Shown here in pieces: positions 40,256 through 50,163 of a DNA stretch of 64,000 nucleotides (positions are counted from its first letter, which is position 1; each line of letters begins with the position of its first letter). The DNA is taken from assembly GCA_037310415.1 (NCBI GenBank), contig CP147780.1:1536001-1600000 (forward strand), written 5' to 3'. Source of the stretch: Candidatus Atabeyarchaeum deiterrae (GTDB lineage Archaea; Asgardarchaeota; Atabeyarchaeia; Atabeyarchaeales; Atabeyarchaeaceae). The notes under the pieces are model-generated. The model saw nothing but the letters and a program-made list of their open reading frames with translations, searched no databases and was not told where the DNA came from. The translations under genes and the position numbers were made by a program.

Positions 40256-41383
40256 CTATTGTCTGTCTTTGAGTTTCTTGACTATCTCCATAGCTCTGAA
40301 TTCAGGAAGGTAAATGTTGTCGAGAACAGTTCCCTTGCTTTCCTTTATTCTCAACCTGTCAGTCAGGGGCTTATAGCGTCCTCCTTCAATACCATTAGCA
40401 ATTATCGCTGCTCCTTGAGCAGCGTCCTTGGCTTTCTTTGTGAATCTGGTTGGAGACCGAACTTCCACATTTAGTTTCTTGCTCAGTTCAGCTTTGACCC
40501 CATCAAAAATGGTTTTGACTCGTGAGAGTCTTCCAGTCAAGATAACCTCTTTTGGTCTCTCTTTCAGATCCGTGATCCCCATTGATACAGCCTTGACTAC
40601 CCCTTCTAGCATGGATAGCCAAGCAGTTTCGTAACCTTCTTTGCGTGATTGCACGCCTTTTACGAATTCATCCAACTCAATTACCTTGGCTCCGCCTCGG
40701 AATGTCGCTATGTGACTTGCTCCCCCTTCAAATAACTTGAGTTTGGTGAATGCACCAAGGAAATATGCTAATTCTCCGTCCATTAGACTTAGAGTCAAGT
40801 AGCCTGGGCCGGGGAATATTGTGCCCCCGATTCCATCGATTATCTCGCCTTTCTCAACTATCATTGCAGCGTTGTACCCAAATCCCATCTCGAGAGAGAT
40901 CAAGTTGGTTTCATTATAGTCTATTCCATACTTCATAGCTTGATCCCATATGGCGTACGCCGCAACGCATGTTTTGTCAGCAGTTCCCATGTCTATCTTA
41001 TTCACTTTCCTGTGGAGCGGAACTGTGGGAAGCTGTACCACACCCGGGAGGGAGTAAGCATTCATTTTCCCATCTTTCATCATCCAAAGAAGTTTTCTGA
41101 GACCAGAAAGCACGGGTATCTCAACGTCACCAATTTTGTCCAGTGTGGTCAACGCAATATCAGCATTCGTAAACTTGGAAATATGCTTAAACTCCAACCC
41201 ATAGCCAGACGGACCAACGATTACATCAGGCTGAACTTCCTTGATTACTTTGAACACGGCGGCAGGATCAGATGCCACCAGTTCACTGGCGAGAGACTCG
41301 TCTAGCACTACGTGATCCATGTCATCTTCAATACAACACAAGTCGAAGGATCTCGTCCCAGGATCGACGCCTAACGCTCTCAT
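40256..41383 (-). CDS. DUF1464 family protein (ASKHA / butyrate kinase-like fold)
   Basis: GVDPGTRSFD, GPSGYG, PGVVQLPTVP.HRK.NKIDMGTADK, EMGFGYNA, DGIGGT, DGELAY, AAQGAA.IA. Confidence 0.88.
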   Translation of the reverse strand: MRALGVDPGTRSFDLCCIEDDMDHVVLDESLASELVASDPAAVFKVIKEVQPDVIVGPSGYGLEFKHISKFTNADIALTTLDKIGDVEIPVLSGLRKLLWMMKDGKMNAYSLPGVVQLPTVPLHRKVNKIDMGTADKTCVAAYAIWDQAMKYGIDYNETNLISLEMGFGYNAAMIVEKGEIIDGIGGTIFPGPGYLTLSLMDGELAYFLGAFTKLKLFEGGASHIATFRGGAKVIELDEFVKGVQSRKEGYETAWLSMLEGVVKAVSMGITDLKERPKEVILTGRLSRVKTIFDGVKAELSKKLNVEVRSPTRFTKKAKDAAQGAAIIANGIEGGRYKPLTDRLRIKESKGTVLDNIYLPEFRAMEIVKKLKDRQ

Positions 41384-41433
41384 GATGGACGAAAACGCCT
41401 CTTTTCAATCTGGATTCCGGTAAGGTTGTCACA

Positions 41434-42789
41434 TCATTCTGATTCAGTCGGCATGAAGGGGATTTTGTACATCTCTATATATCCTATTTCATGACCTTGG
41501 TCACTGACTCTTACCTTTCCAACTTCTATTTTTGCGGCATCACTCGTCTTTACTGCCATTGCTATGGTTGCCTTTCTTCTACTCAGATCTAGCTCTTTGA
41601 GTATGCCGACTGAAACAAGCTGCTCATCGTCTCCCAATATCGCTACCACTGCGTTCCTCATTTCTTCAACCGAAGCCAGTCTCAATTCCTTTCGTGCCGA
41701 TTCATCGATTTCCGCCAATTCGACTTCGACGTTCTGCTCTTCCTGTCTGTCTCCTGGTATCCGTTCGGCAGCGATGTTTTCGTATCTTGCAATGATTGCA
41801 TTCACATAGTGGCTGTTTTCATCACAGTATAGAACTCGGCTCTTTGTGATGCGCTCAACTTCTCTGATGGTCTGGAGGGATGCTTGTCCAGCACGGGCGG
41901 AGAACATTGGTGAGAAGTCGATCTCATCAAAGTGAACTACAAGATCTTTTGAGCCTTCGAAGTACTTTCTGTAAGACGTCTCTCTCAGAAACTTCCTTTC
42001 TTCCTTACTTCGAGTTCTTGCGTAAGGAGAAACTGGCAGTCTGACCAGTTTCACTTCATTGGGGATTTCCCTCAAAATGTCTTCGAGTTCACTTTCTTTT
42101 TGCAAGGCGACTACGCGGTTCACCTTGAGGGTGGAAATCACCTGTAATATGAACTTTAATGCCGCCTGTCCAGTTGTCCATCCCGGCATGTTGATTAACA
42201 GCGTCGCTTCGGGCGCGTTTTTCTGAATGTAATCATTGAGCTTATCCACTCCTCTCAAGACTCTTCCAACTACATAAGCCGGCGATGTCGAACCGACAAA
42301 GAAAATTGAGTCGGGATTCAGCTCGAGAAACTCTGTCACTTGACTATCAAGAAACGAGACCGACATTGTTGTTGGGGGACCGATCTCACCTTGCCCCATG
42401 TCGGCATCCATGACCACTACCTGGAAATTCTCTTTGACCAAAATGTTGCCCAGGTAAGTGATCAGAGTATTCTTGCCTGTATCGAGCCCACCCAGTACCA
42501 TTGTTCTCAGGTTCTCAGGTCGCTCTCTATGGGTGTCCTTTGCGAAGTCTTTCCACTCAACTGGTATTGTTGATGTCTGCAATTCATCGAGCTTAGCGTT
42601 GTGCCCAAGGACTATGTCAAACATTGATTCATCTGTGGCCTCGATAGCTTTAAGTCGTCCAGCTCGAACTACAAGTGGCTCCTCTGTCGTGAGGCTCTCA
42701 CCGAGAGTAGATGCACTACCGCGCAAGATCCTTACGGAGGCTGGACCTTGGATCAGAAATGTGTGTCCTGCTTTCAGCGTTGTCTTCAT
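41434..42789 (-). CDS. Clp1/Nol9-family polynucleotide 5'-kinase
   Basis: GPASV...G, P-loop GGLDTGKNT, DADMGQGEIGPP, FVG.TSP, INMPGW, R..EERK..RE. Confidence 0.88.
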   Translation of the reverse strand: MKTTLKAGHTFLIQGPASVRILRGSASTLGESLTTEEPLVVRAGRLKAIEATDESMFDIVLGHNAKLDELQTSTIPVEWKDFAKDTHRERPENLRTMVLGGLDTGKNTLITYLGNILVKENFQVVVMDADMGQGEIGPPTTMSVSFLDSQVTEFLELNPDSIFFVGSTSPAYVVGRVLRGVDKLNDYIQKNAPEATLLINMPGWTTGQAALKFILQVISTLKVNRVVALQKESELEDILREIPNEVKLVRLPVSPYARTRSKEERKFLRETSYRKYFEGSKDLVVHFDEIDFSPMFSARAGQASLQTIREVERITKSRVLYCDENSHYVNAIIARYENIAAERIPGDRQEEQNVEVELAEIDESARKELRLASVEEMRNAVVAILGDDEQLVSVGILKELDLSRRKATIAMAVKTSDAAKIEVGKVRVSDQGHEIGYIEMYKIPFMPTESE

Positions 42790-42952
42790 TGCATTGTGGC
42801 TCCTTCAGGCGACTTCATGAATTGCATAGTTAAAGTTGTCCTCATATCTAAGGTTTTGGCATGGTGGCTTTGACGACCGTGATTGAGACCGTGTAAACGT
42901 CATCTGCCGAAGAAGATCCGCAGATATTTCCCTTCCTGTTTCTGGAACTGGG

Positions 42953-45154
42953 CTATGTGACTTGTCTTGAGGGGTTTCCGTAGAGGATTGGTTTAACCCA
43001 ATTCTGATCTTCAATTCCCTTCTCTCTGATGAATCGCATCCTTGCTTCCCTAAGGGCTTCGCCCACAGGCTTCTTGTTTTTGAGAAGCTCGACGTAGAAA
43101 ACCTCTGTCAATGCTAGCATGGAGTCTGTGAGTGCGTCAGCCGCGACTCCAATGAAACAATCTGGACCAGCGAGTTTAGTGCTGGAAGCCAAGGTGTATA
43201 TGATGCGGTCTTGTTGCCTCCCGTCCCATTTGCGTTCCCATGGTGGAGAATGGACATACGAAACAACGAGTTGCGGATATCTGCTCTTGAAGAGCTTCCT
43301 GAGTTCATGCCCCCTGACTTCTCCATCGTAACATATCCAGGAACTTGCTGTCGGATCCCCCGAGCTCACGGCAGCCGAGCTAATCATGTGAATTATATCG
43401 TACTTCCCTGACGAAAGTAGAGCTATGATCTCCTGTTTCTTAAGCAAGCCCCTCAAGCTATCAGCCTTCACTCTCACGTTTCCAAAGGACTTCTCATCGG
43501 TAAAGAACTTCTCAAGCAGTCCACCGAAGTCACTAGAGGTCGACGACGGTTCTTTCTCAACCCTGCTATCGATAAACAGTATTGACAAAGGTTCATTGTC
43601 GCTTCGAGTTCGTGGTGTTGGTTCTTCCTTGTCTTCGTCAATGGCAGAACCAGGTTCTTCCGTAACCCACCTTGACATGGGTTTCTTCAGGCATAGAAAA
43701 TCTTGACCATCATACAACATCTCCATTGGCACATTAAGGAGATCTTTGTCAACTTCAAGGGCAATGAACTTAGGGTCATCCTCAGTTACTCTTGAAATGA
43801 TGCTCTTGTTGAACATGGTATTCAGGATTGACCCGCCCAACTTCTTCATTTCATCCAAATAACCTAGAGCCATCTTCCGCCTCATGTCTTGTGCACTAAC
43901 GGATGCAGTCCTCGTGTCCAAGTTGGCTCGGAGTCGATCGGCTTCCTTGCTCATTGTTTTGAGAGCATATTCATCAATTGGGATTACTGTCATGTAAACT
44001 GCGCTGACTTTCTCGGGGGCAAAGACAAGCTCAAACTGGTTCTTATGTCTTGTCAAACCCAAGTATCCGACATTCTTACCGATAGTGTCAGCACTACCTC
44101 CGAGAATCAACTTTGCTTCAAATCGGTCCCGCGGATTCGGCATAAATGATTCGACGCGGGCTTTCGCCGAAGAGCTAATGTGATCCGTAGCGTCGATATA
44201 GAATTGTTCCAATGTCTCCTTTACAGCCTCGAGTGAAGTAACATCTTTCTGTCCCAGTATTATGGGGGCAGAGTCTCTGAAACGCCTGAACAATGGAACG
44301 ATTTTCTTCTCAGGAGTGTCTGCGGGGATCGCCAGAGACACGAGATACGAGACTCCAAATTGATCGCGTATCGCTGTGTGGCAACTCAGTAAGTAGAAAT
44401 CGTCAGTCCTCGCCGAGACGAAGCTGGGTGCGCTCTCTCCTGGGGGATGCATGCTTGCGATAATCTTCATTTCCTTGGGTTCCATTGAGAATACTCGGGG
44501 AAACGTTCCTTCCAGGGTTGGTTCAAATCCTTCTGAAGTACCAAGTAGCGCGATCCACATACGTGTCAATTCGGATGGTGCCTGCGGTATTTCCTGCAGT
44601 GCTATTGTTCTTTGTACCAAGTCGACCATTAAACCTTGAAAAGCTTCGGGGACGCCCACACCCGTTGTCGAAACAACTTCAAAAACTCTGTGACCTTTCA
44701 CACTAGATAGCTCGCTAAATTCTGACGGCGTAATCAACTCTTCGCCGAGGTCACGTTTATTCAGCACGAAGACCGTGAGCAGGTCTCGAAAGGAATCACC
44801 CAAGGTGGATGAAAGCTCTTCCATACTGGTTACATTGCTAGTCATTTTGCCTCTCTGCGAATCAGCCACGAATACGATTGCATCAGAGCCTTGAAGAAGG
44901 ATCTTTCTCTCCCTTGAGCAACCATCTGATCCACCGACAGCGAAAAAATCATAAAAGACACCCCCACCGGTTGACAGAGAGGCATAGTCGAAGTATACGG
45001 TCTGACCATAATCGTTCTCGACTGACGTGAAGCCTCCCTTATTCAGTTGGCCAGCATTATCGTAGTACCATTTTACCATGGTTGTCTTGCCTGAGGCGAA
45101 AGGCCCCCATAGCACGATCTTGAAGTGTATGTGCCCTGATTCATCACGGTTCAT
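42953..45154 (-). CDS. Fusion protein: MglA-like small GTPase + longin/uDENN-like domain + CHAT (caspase-like) domain
   Basis: N-term KIVLWGPFASGKTT, YFDY, DAIVFVADS, NKRD; middle region GFEPTLEGTFP; C-term VPMEMLYDG.DFLCL, YDIIH, FY..LL....VGEALREAR, W...ILYGNP. Confidence 0.8.
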   Translation of the reverse strand: MNRDESGHIHFKIVLWGPFASGKTTMVKWYYDNAGQLNKGGFTSVENDYGQTVYFDYASLSTGGGVFYDFFAVGGSDGCSRERKILLQGSDAIVFVADSQRGKMTSNVTSMEELSSTLGDSFRDLLTVFVLNKRDLGEELITPSEFSELSSVKGHRVFEVVSTTGVGVPEAFQGLMVDLVQRTIALQEIPQAPSELTRMWIALLGTSEGFEPTLEGTFPRVFSMEPKEMKIIASMHPPGESAPSFVSARTDDFYLLSCHTAIRDQFGVSYLVSLAIPADTPEKKIVPLFRRFRDSAPIILGQKDVTSLEAVKETLEQFYIDATDHISSSAKARVESFMPNPRDRFEAKLILGGSADTIGKNVGYLGLTRHKNQFELVFAPEKVSAVYMTVIPIDEYALKTMSKEADRLRANLDTRTASVSAQDMRRKMALGYLDEMKKLGGSILNTMFNKSIISRVTEDDPKFIALEVDKDLLNVPMEMLYDGQDFLCLKKPMSRWVTEEPGSAIDEDKEEPTPRTRSDNEPLSILFIDSRVEKEPSSTSSDFGGLLEKFFTDEKSFGNVRVKADSLRGLLKKQEIIALLSSGKYDIIHMISSAAVSSGDPTASSWICYDGEVRGHELRKLFKSRYPQLVVSYVHSPPWERKWDGRQQDRIIYTLASSTKLAGPDCFIGVAADALTDSMLALTEVFYVELLKNKKPVGEALREARMRFIREKGIEDQNWVKPILYGNPSRQVT

Positions 45155-45486
45155 TCGCTGGTTCTCCCCTGTAGGGTTGTTCAGGCGGTCAATGAATAGA
45201 TATCGCCAAGGGAAAGATAGGTCTGCTACCTTCCCTCTTTTCTTATGGTCAAGGTTTCAGTAATTCCTAGTCGATTGCCTTGATAATTAAATTTTGCCTA
45301 GGATCAGAGTGACTTGGAACAAGTATCTGCGAGATTCGATTACTTACACACCCAAGAGTTTAACAAGTCTTAATAGCAAGTTGTGAAGATAAATCAGAAT
45401 AGAAAATGGAGCGCACTAAATGACGGCTGAAGCAGAGATAGATCTACCGCCTGATTCTAGAGGAATTGAAAGGAGAGAACACAGAG

Positions 45487-46503
45487 TTGAAAGCAGCTTT
45501 TCTAAAAGGTTCCAAGAGGATGATTGTCAAAGACACAGATGACCCAAAACCCAAGACAGGTCAAGTTATCGTTAAAGTGAAATACTGTGGAATTTGTGGC
45601 TCGGATCTTCATTCGTATGAAACAGGAGCCACATCAGGTATCATGGGTCATGAGTTTTCAGGAGAAATCGAATCTCTAGGTGAGTCCGTCCATGGTTGGA
45701 GGGTTGGAGACCGAGTAACGGCTAACCCCAACATTGGATGTGGAACCTGCTTTTACTGCAAGAGAGGAGAGACTAACCAATGTATGAGGTTTGCCTCTAT
45801 CGGGATCATCGGTGCTCCTGGGGCCTTCGCTGAACGTGTTGCGGTTCGAGCCGATTTGCTTCGCAAGCTATCTCAAGGGTTAACCTTTGAGGCCGGTGCT
45901 CTCGTTGAACCTCTAGCACCTCTAGTCAGAGCCTCTAAATACGCCGTAAGGAAGGACGATACGATAGCGATCATTGGAGCTGGAACAATAGGACTCTTTG
46001 CTCTACAATGCTCGAAGCTGGCTGGAGCGAAATCCACATACGTGACTGAGATATCAAGGACGCGTGCTGAAGTTGCAGGAAAGCTTGGTGCAGATCAAGT
46101 TTTCAACCCCAAAGAAGTCAAGGCCGAACAGAAGATAATTGAATTGACGAATGGACTTGGGGCCGATGTCGTCTTCGAATGCGTAGGCAAACCTGAGACT
46201 ATTCAAAGCGCCCAGAGAATTGTCAGAAAAGGTGGAAAAGTCATGATAATTGGCGAGTGCCTTGTCGACGTTCCAACAAATTATGCTGGCGTGTTTATTC
46301 GAGAAATCGAAATAAAGGGGATCTACGATGGTTCTATTCAGGACTTCGAAGAAGCTGCTCAATTAATCGAAAAGGAAAAAGTTAATGTGCGTCCACTAAT
46401 CACGGGCAAAATAGGACTAAGCGAGATAGTGGAGAAAGGTTTTGAAGAGCTTCTTAAACCAGAGAAGAACCACATCAAGATTTTGGTCGATCCTCAGAAG
46501 TAA
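45487..46503 (+). CDS. Zn-dependent alcohol dehydrogenase (MDR; butanediol/polyol dehydrogenase-like), paralog 1
   Basis: GICGSDLH, GHEFSG, CGTCFYC...NQC, GAGTIG; likely TTG 45487 (track start 45466). Confidence 0.94.
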   Translation: MKAAFLKGSKRMIVKDTDDPKPKTGQVIVKVKYCGICGSDLHSYETGATSGIMGHEFSGEIESLGESVHGWRVGDRVTANPNIGCGTCFYCKRGETNQCMRFASIGIIGAPGAFAERVAVRADLLRKLSQGLTFEAGALVEPLAPLVRASKYAVRKDDTIAIIGAGTIGLFALQCSKLAGAKSTYVTEISRTRAEVAGKLGADQVFNPKEVKAEQKIIELTNGLGADVVFECVGKPETIQSAQRIVRKGGKVMIIGECLVDVPTNYAGVFIREIEIKGIYDGSIQDFEEAAQLIEKEKVNVRPLITGKIGLSEIVEKGFEELLKPEKNHIKILVDPQK

Positions 46504-46628
46504 CTGGTCTGCAAAAGCATGCGTGTTGTGAACTTTCAAGGCAAACTCGTATTAAGAAGATCAGGCAGGAACGATCTGATGTGAGGCAAGTATTGTAATA
46601 CATTCACCAAGAATTAGAGGGCGAGAAT

Positions 46629-47642
46629 TTGAGAGTGGCTTTTCTCAAAGGTCCGAAAAAGATGATTCTCAAAGATGCCGCTGATCCCACGCCGAAGGCT
46701 GACGAGGTAGTAATCAAGGTCAGATATTGTGGTATATGCGGCTCTGATCTCCACGCCTATGAGACGGGCATTTACTCAGGTGTTATGGGTCATGAGATTT
46801 CAGGGGATATCGAATCCGTGGGTGAATCCGTGAGAGGTTGGAAGACCGGAGATCGCGTGATTCCATACATAGTGTTCTCATGCGGGACTTGCTATCATTG
46901 CCAAAGGGGTTTGCCCAATCTTTGTATGTCGGTTCGTCTTCTTGGATTCACTGCTCCCGGCGGATATGCCGAACACGTCACAGTTCGGGCTAGCATGCTT
47001 CACAGACTCTCCAACGGAACGCCGTATGAGGCGGGCTGCCTCGCAGATGGCGCAGCGGGAGCGCTCAGAGCAGTCAAGTGGTCTGTGAGATCAGGCGACA
47101 CCGTCCTGATCATGGGTGCTGGACCGATAGGTCTCTATGCGATGCAAATCGCTCGAAAGGCTGGAGCATCGAAGGTATATGTAACTCAGGGATCTCAGAT
47201 GAGAGCCGAAGCTGCGAGGAAACTTGGAGCGGACGAGGTTTTCAATCCTGCTAACGTTAGGATCAACCAGAAGATGTTCGAATTAACAAAGGGAATTGGA
47301 CCCGATGTTGTGATCGAATGCGCGGGCAAGCCTGAAACGATTCGAAACGCGCCTATGATCGTAAGAAAAGGTGGAAAGGTCGTTAATATTGGTGAGTGCA
47401 CCGTCGATGTACCAATAAACATCGTTGACTTCACCTTCCGCGAAGCTGAAATGAAAGGAGTCTTCGCATATACAATGGAAGACTTCGAACGGGCAGCCCA
47501 GCTTATCGAGAGAAAGGAGATCAATGTTGCCCCCATTGTGACTGACAAGATAGGTCTGAGCGAAATTGTAGAGAAGGGTTTCGAAGCACTCTTGAGACCC
47601 GACAAGAATCACATTAAGATCCTTGTGGACCCGACGAGGTAG
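46629..47642 (+). CDS. Zn-dependent alcohol dehydrogenase (MDR), paralog 2
   Basis: GICGSDLH, GHEISG, CGTCYHC...NLC, GAGPIG; near-identical C-terminus to the upstream paralog. Confidence 0.94.
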   Translation: MRVAFLKGPKKMILKDAADPTPKADEVVIKVRYCGICGSDLHAYETGIYSGVMGHEISGDIESVGESVRGWKTGDRVIPYIVFSCGTCYHCQRGLPNLCMSVRLLGFTAPGGYAEHVTVRASMLHRLSNGTPYEAGCLADGAAGALRAVKWSVRSGDTVLIMGAGPIGLYAMQIARKAGASKVYVTQGSQMRAEAARKLGADEVFNPANVRINQKMFELTKGIGPDVVIECAGKPETIRNAPMIVRKGGKVVNIGECTVDVPINIVDFTFREAEMKGVFAYTMEDFERAAQLIERKEINVAPIVTDKIGLSEIVEKGFEALLRPDKNHIKILVDPTR

Positions 47643-47816
47643 AATTGATGGCGGCAATCGCAGTAGGGATCATCCCAGCTGGAGGTCCTAATCTGTCCAT
47701 GGCCAGACGGTGAAGCAATCTTTATCATTAGCAGACGGTACATCTAGTGTAGTTGCTATTCTCTGGAAGATGCTATTTTCTGCCTGTTTCCTGATTAGTC
47801 AGCTGGTGGCTGGGGA

Positions 47817-49826
47817 ATGGAGATCAAAGAGATCGAAAAGAATCTTCAAAGCAAAGACACTCTAGTCAAACGGGGATCCGCAAGGATGATGAGTGATCTT
47901 CTTGAATCAGATCCAAGTAAACTCAGACAAAGCGATATTGAAACAATAGTCAGCGTAACCAGGGAAGAAGACGACACCCTAACTCTGGAATATCTTCTCA
48001 AGACTTTGGGCTACACGGCCGGAGTCAATCCCAGCTACCTTGTAAATGCAGGTCTGCTTAGAGTTCTCGCTGATATTCTCATAAAGAACATGAGTGGCGT
48101 CGGGATTAACGTAGGTCGCGAAGCGATGCGGCTTATTTCGACTCTCGCTCCATTTGATCCCAAAGGAGCTGAAAATCTAGGGGTAGTGAGACTGATTGTC
48201 AGAGCTCTCACAACCTCAACAGATCCCTATGTCCGTTGGTATGCTCTGATGGGACTAAGAAAGAGCGAGAAATCCCTGATAATGAGAGATGCTGAGGGGA
48301 TTATCGATTACTCAGTTGGCGCGCTTTCCAAGGACAAAGATGAGAGCACTAGGGTCAATGCTGCCGCAATTTTGCTTGTACTTGCGTCAGTTTCACCAGA
48401 GGCGCTGAAGGAAAGAAGTGTGATCAATGCTCTAATTGAGACGCTATCAGCAGATGCGAGCAACAAGGTTAAGGGTTGCGTCGCGTTGGCACTTCACTTC
48501 ATTGCAAAAGACGCCCCATCGCAGCTCAAGGACACCACCATAGGCGACGCTCTCTTGGAAGCGGTTGCCAAGGCGTCTGAAGCACTGAAGGAAAAGGACG
48601 ACAAAGAGATCCGTGAGACGCTAGTTGTAGTAGCATCGACTCTGTCGCTATTAGCTCTGAAGGATCCTGCGGTTTTGAGCAGTGGCAAATCGATTGAAGA
48701 GGTTGGCTTGGCTGATGTAGTGTCCGATCTTCTGCAGCAGAGTGGTGCCGATGCTGGGCTTAAATCGACGCTCGTGTCCACGCTTCTTTACCTTACAGAG
48801 AGCGGTCCTGCGCACCGTTTGAACAACAGAAAGATGGTTGAGGCCCTAGTCAAACTGCTTGAGAGTAGCAAGGAGGAGTACACCGTAAGCAGTTCAGCGG
48901 TATCGATCCTCAAGAGAACGGCATCATCATATCCAGTTCTATTCGCTAACTCGAGTCTGTTGGAGAAATTGGCAGAAGTCTCTCTTGGCAGAGATAGGAA
49001 AGAAGAGAATGGGTTCGAGCGTCGAGGGTTGCGCCCAACGGTTGTTCTAGATGCGCTTTTGAGTTCGGAAAAGGGCTTTCAAACTGTTGTCAAAGGCTTT
49101 GCAGAAGTCTACCAAACCAAGCCTAATTTGATCGATGATTTGTGCACAGCTAACAAGTGGCAGAATGTTCTTGAGGCAGTTAGAAAAGAGGAATTGACTC
49201 AGCATAAGCCAAAAAGCGTGGAGACCCCAGTTGCCCCACCTGCAGAGAGAAAAGTCGAAGCGGTTATTCCAAAGGAAGAACAAGTAACCACTGCAAGAAC
49301 CACAACTGTCGTACAAAAAGAGGAAGCCAAGTCGTACAAGTTGAACGAAGACCAAACGAAGACTCTTCAAGACATCTTCAAGAAACATGACAAGATAAAA
49401 ATGAAAGACCTCGCAAAGAAACTCAAGATTAGTGAGGACATTATCAGGGCCGCGTTGGAGCGTTCAATTCAGTCAGGCAAAGTAGCTTTCAGAATACAAG
49501 ATAATGTGCTCTACATTAAAGCAAAACAACCAGCTGGTCCCGCAAAGGTCGAAAAGCCAGCTCCTCTGATGCTTGAGAAAGGTAGGAAACCTGGAGTCTC
49601 TAATTGCTTCTGGTGTGGTTCAGCAATGAGTGAGAGCGAAGAAGCGTGTCCCAATTGCGGAAAGTCGCGCCCAAGGTGCTTAATCTGTAATGAGGCCATT
49701 GGCGATGTGAATAACTTGGAGAGATGCTATTTCTGCGGAGCTACTTTCCACGTCGAACACTACAAGGAATGGGCAGACTCAAAGAAGTCGTGTCCAAGAT
49801 GCAGCGTCAGTTGGTCGAAGACTTGA
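47817..49826 (+). CDS. ARM/HEAT-repeat protein with winged-helix-like region, Zn ribbon and C-terminal RING finger (putative E3 ligase)
   Basis: Repeats such as LI..LSAD....VK..VA.AL..IA; IKMKDLAKKLKISEDIIRAALE; CFWCG..CPNCG; CLIC-x13-CYFC-x4-HVEH..W......CPRC. Confidence 0.8.
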   Translation: MEIKEIEKNLQSKDTLVKRGSARMMSDLLESDPSKLRQSDIETIVSVTREEDDTLTLEYLLKTLGYTAGVNPSYLVNAGLLRVLADILIKNMSGVGINVGREAMRLISTLAPFDPKGAENLGVVRLIVRALTTSTDPYVRWYALMGLRKSEKSLIMRDAEGIIDYSVGALSKDKDESTRVNAAAILLVLASVSPEALKERSVINALIETLSADASNKVKGCVALALHFIAKDAPSQLKDTTIGDALLEAVAKASEALKEKDDKEIRETLVVVASTLSLLALKDPAVLSSGKSIEEVGLADVVSDLLQQSGADAGLKSTLVSTLLYLTESGPAHRLNNRKMVEALVKLLESSKEEYTVSSSAVSILKRTASSYPVLFANSSLLEKLAEVSLGRDRKEENGFERRGLRPTVVLDALLSSEKGFQTVVKGFAEVYQTKPNLIDDLCTANKWQNVLEAVRKEELTQHKPKSVETPVAPPAERKVEAVIPKEEQVTTARTTTVVQKEEAKSYKLNEDQTKTLQDIFKKHDKIKMKDLAKKLKISEDIIRAALERSIQSGKVAFRIQDNVLYIKAKQPAGPAKVEKPAPLMLEKGRKPGVSNCFWCGSAMSESEEACPNCGKSRPRCLICNEAIGDVNNLERCYFCGATFHVEHYKEWADSKKSCPRCSVSWSKT

Positions 49827-50163
49827 CGAGACCCATTTTAGTATTCAACAATAAGAAACTAGGTAGGAAGATGCTTCAACTGTTTGCAAGAGAAGGGCTT
49901 GCAGCGAAAGGCTCTTTTTTGGTCATGCTATATACTGCAATGACTTCCAACGATGCTATCGTGAAGAGTTGCGATCAATCTGAACATCGATAGTCTAAGG
50001 GTCTTCTTCACAGCATTCTCGCGGTGATTTCCTCAATTGGTTATGACCTGGACACAACATATAACCCGATGCATCAACCAAAAATGAGTTTTTCACCGGT
50101 TTTTCTGAGAAGGTTACTAGGAATAGCTATCCTTTTATCTATCAACTGTAATAAACACGGCTC

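Noticed and set aside
44519-44531. GGTTCAAATCC resembling a tRNA T-loop
   Set aside because: Lies inside the GTPase-CHAT coding region and no cloverleaf can be formed around it
42953-45154. CRISPR-associated or anti-phage CHAT protease defence system
   Set aside because: Catalytic dyad appears absent, and no cas, gasdermin-like or other effector genes are adjacent
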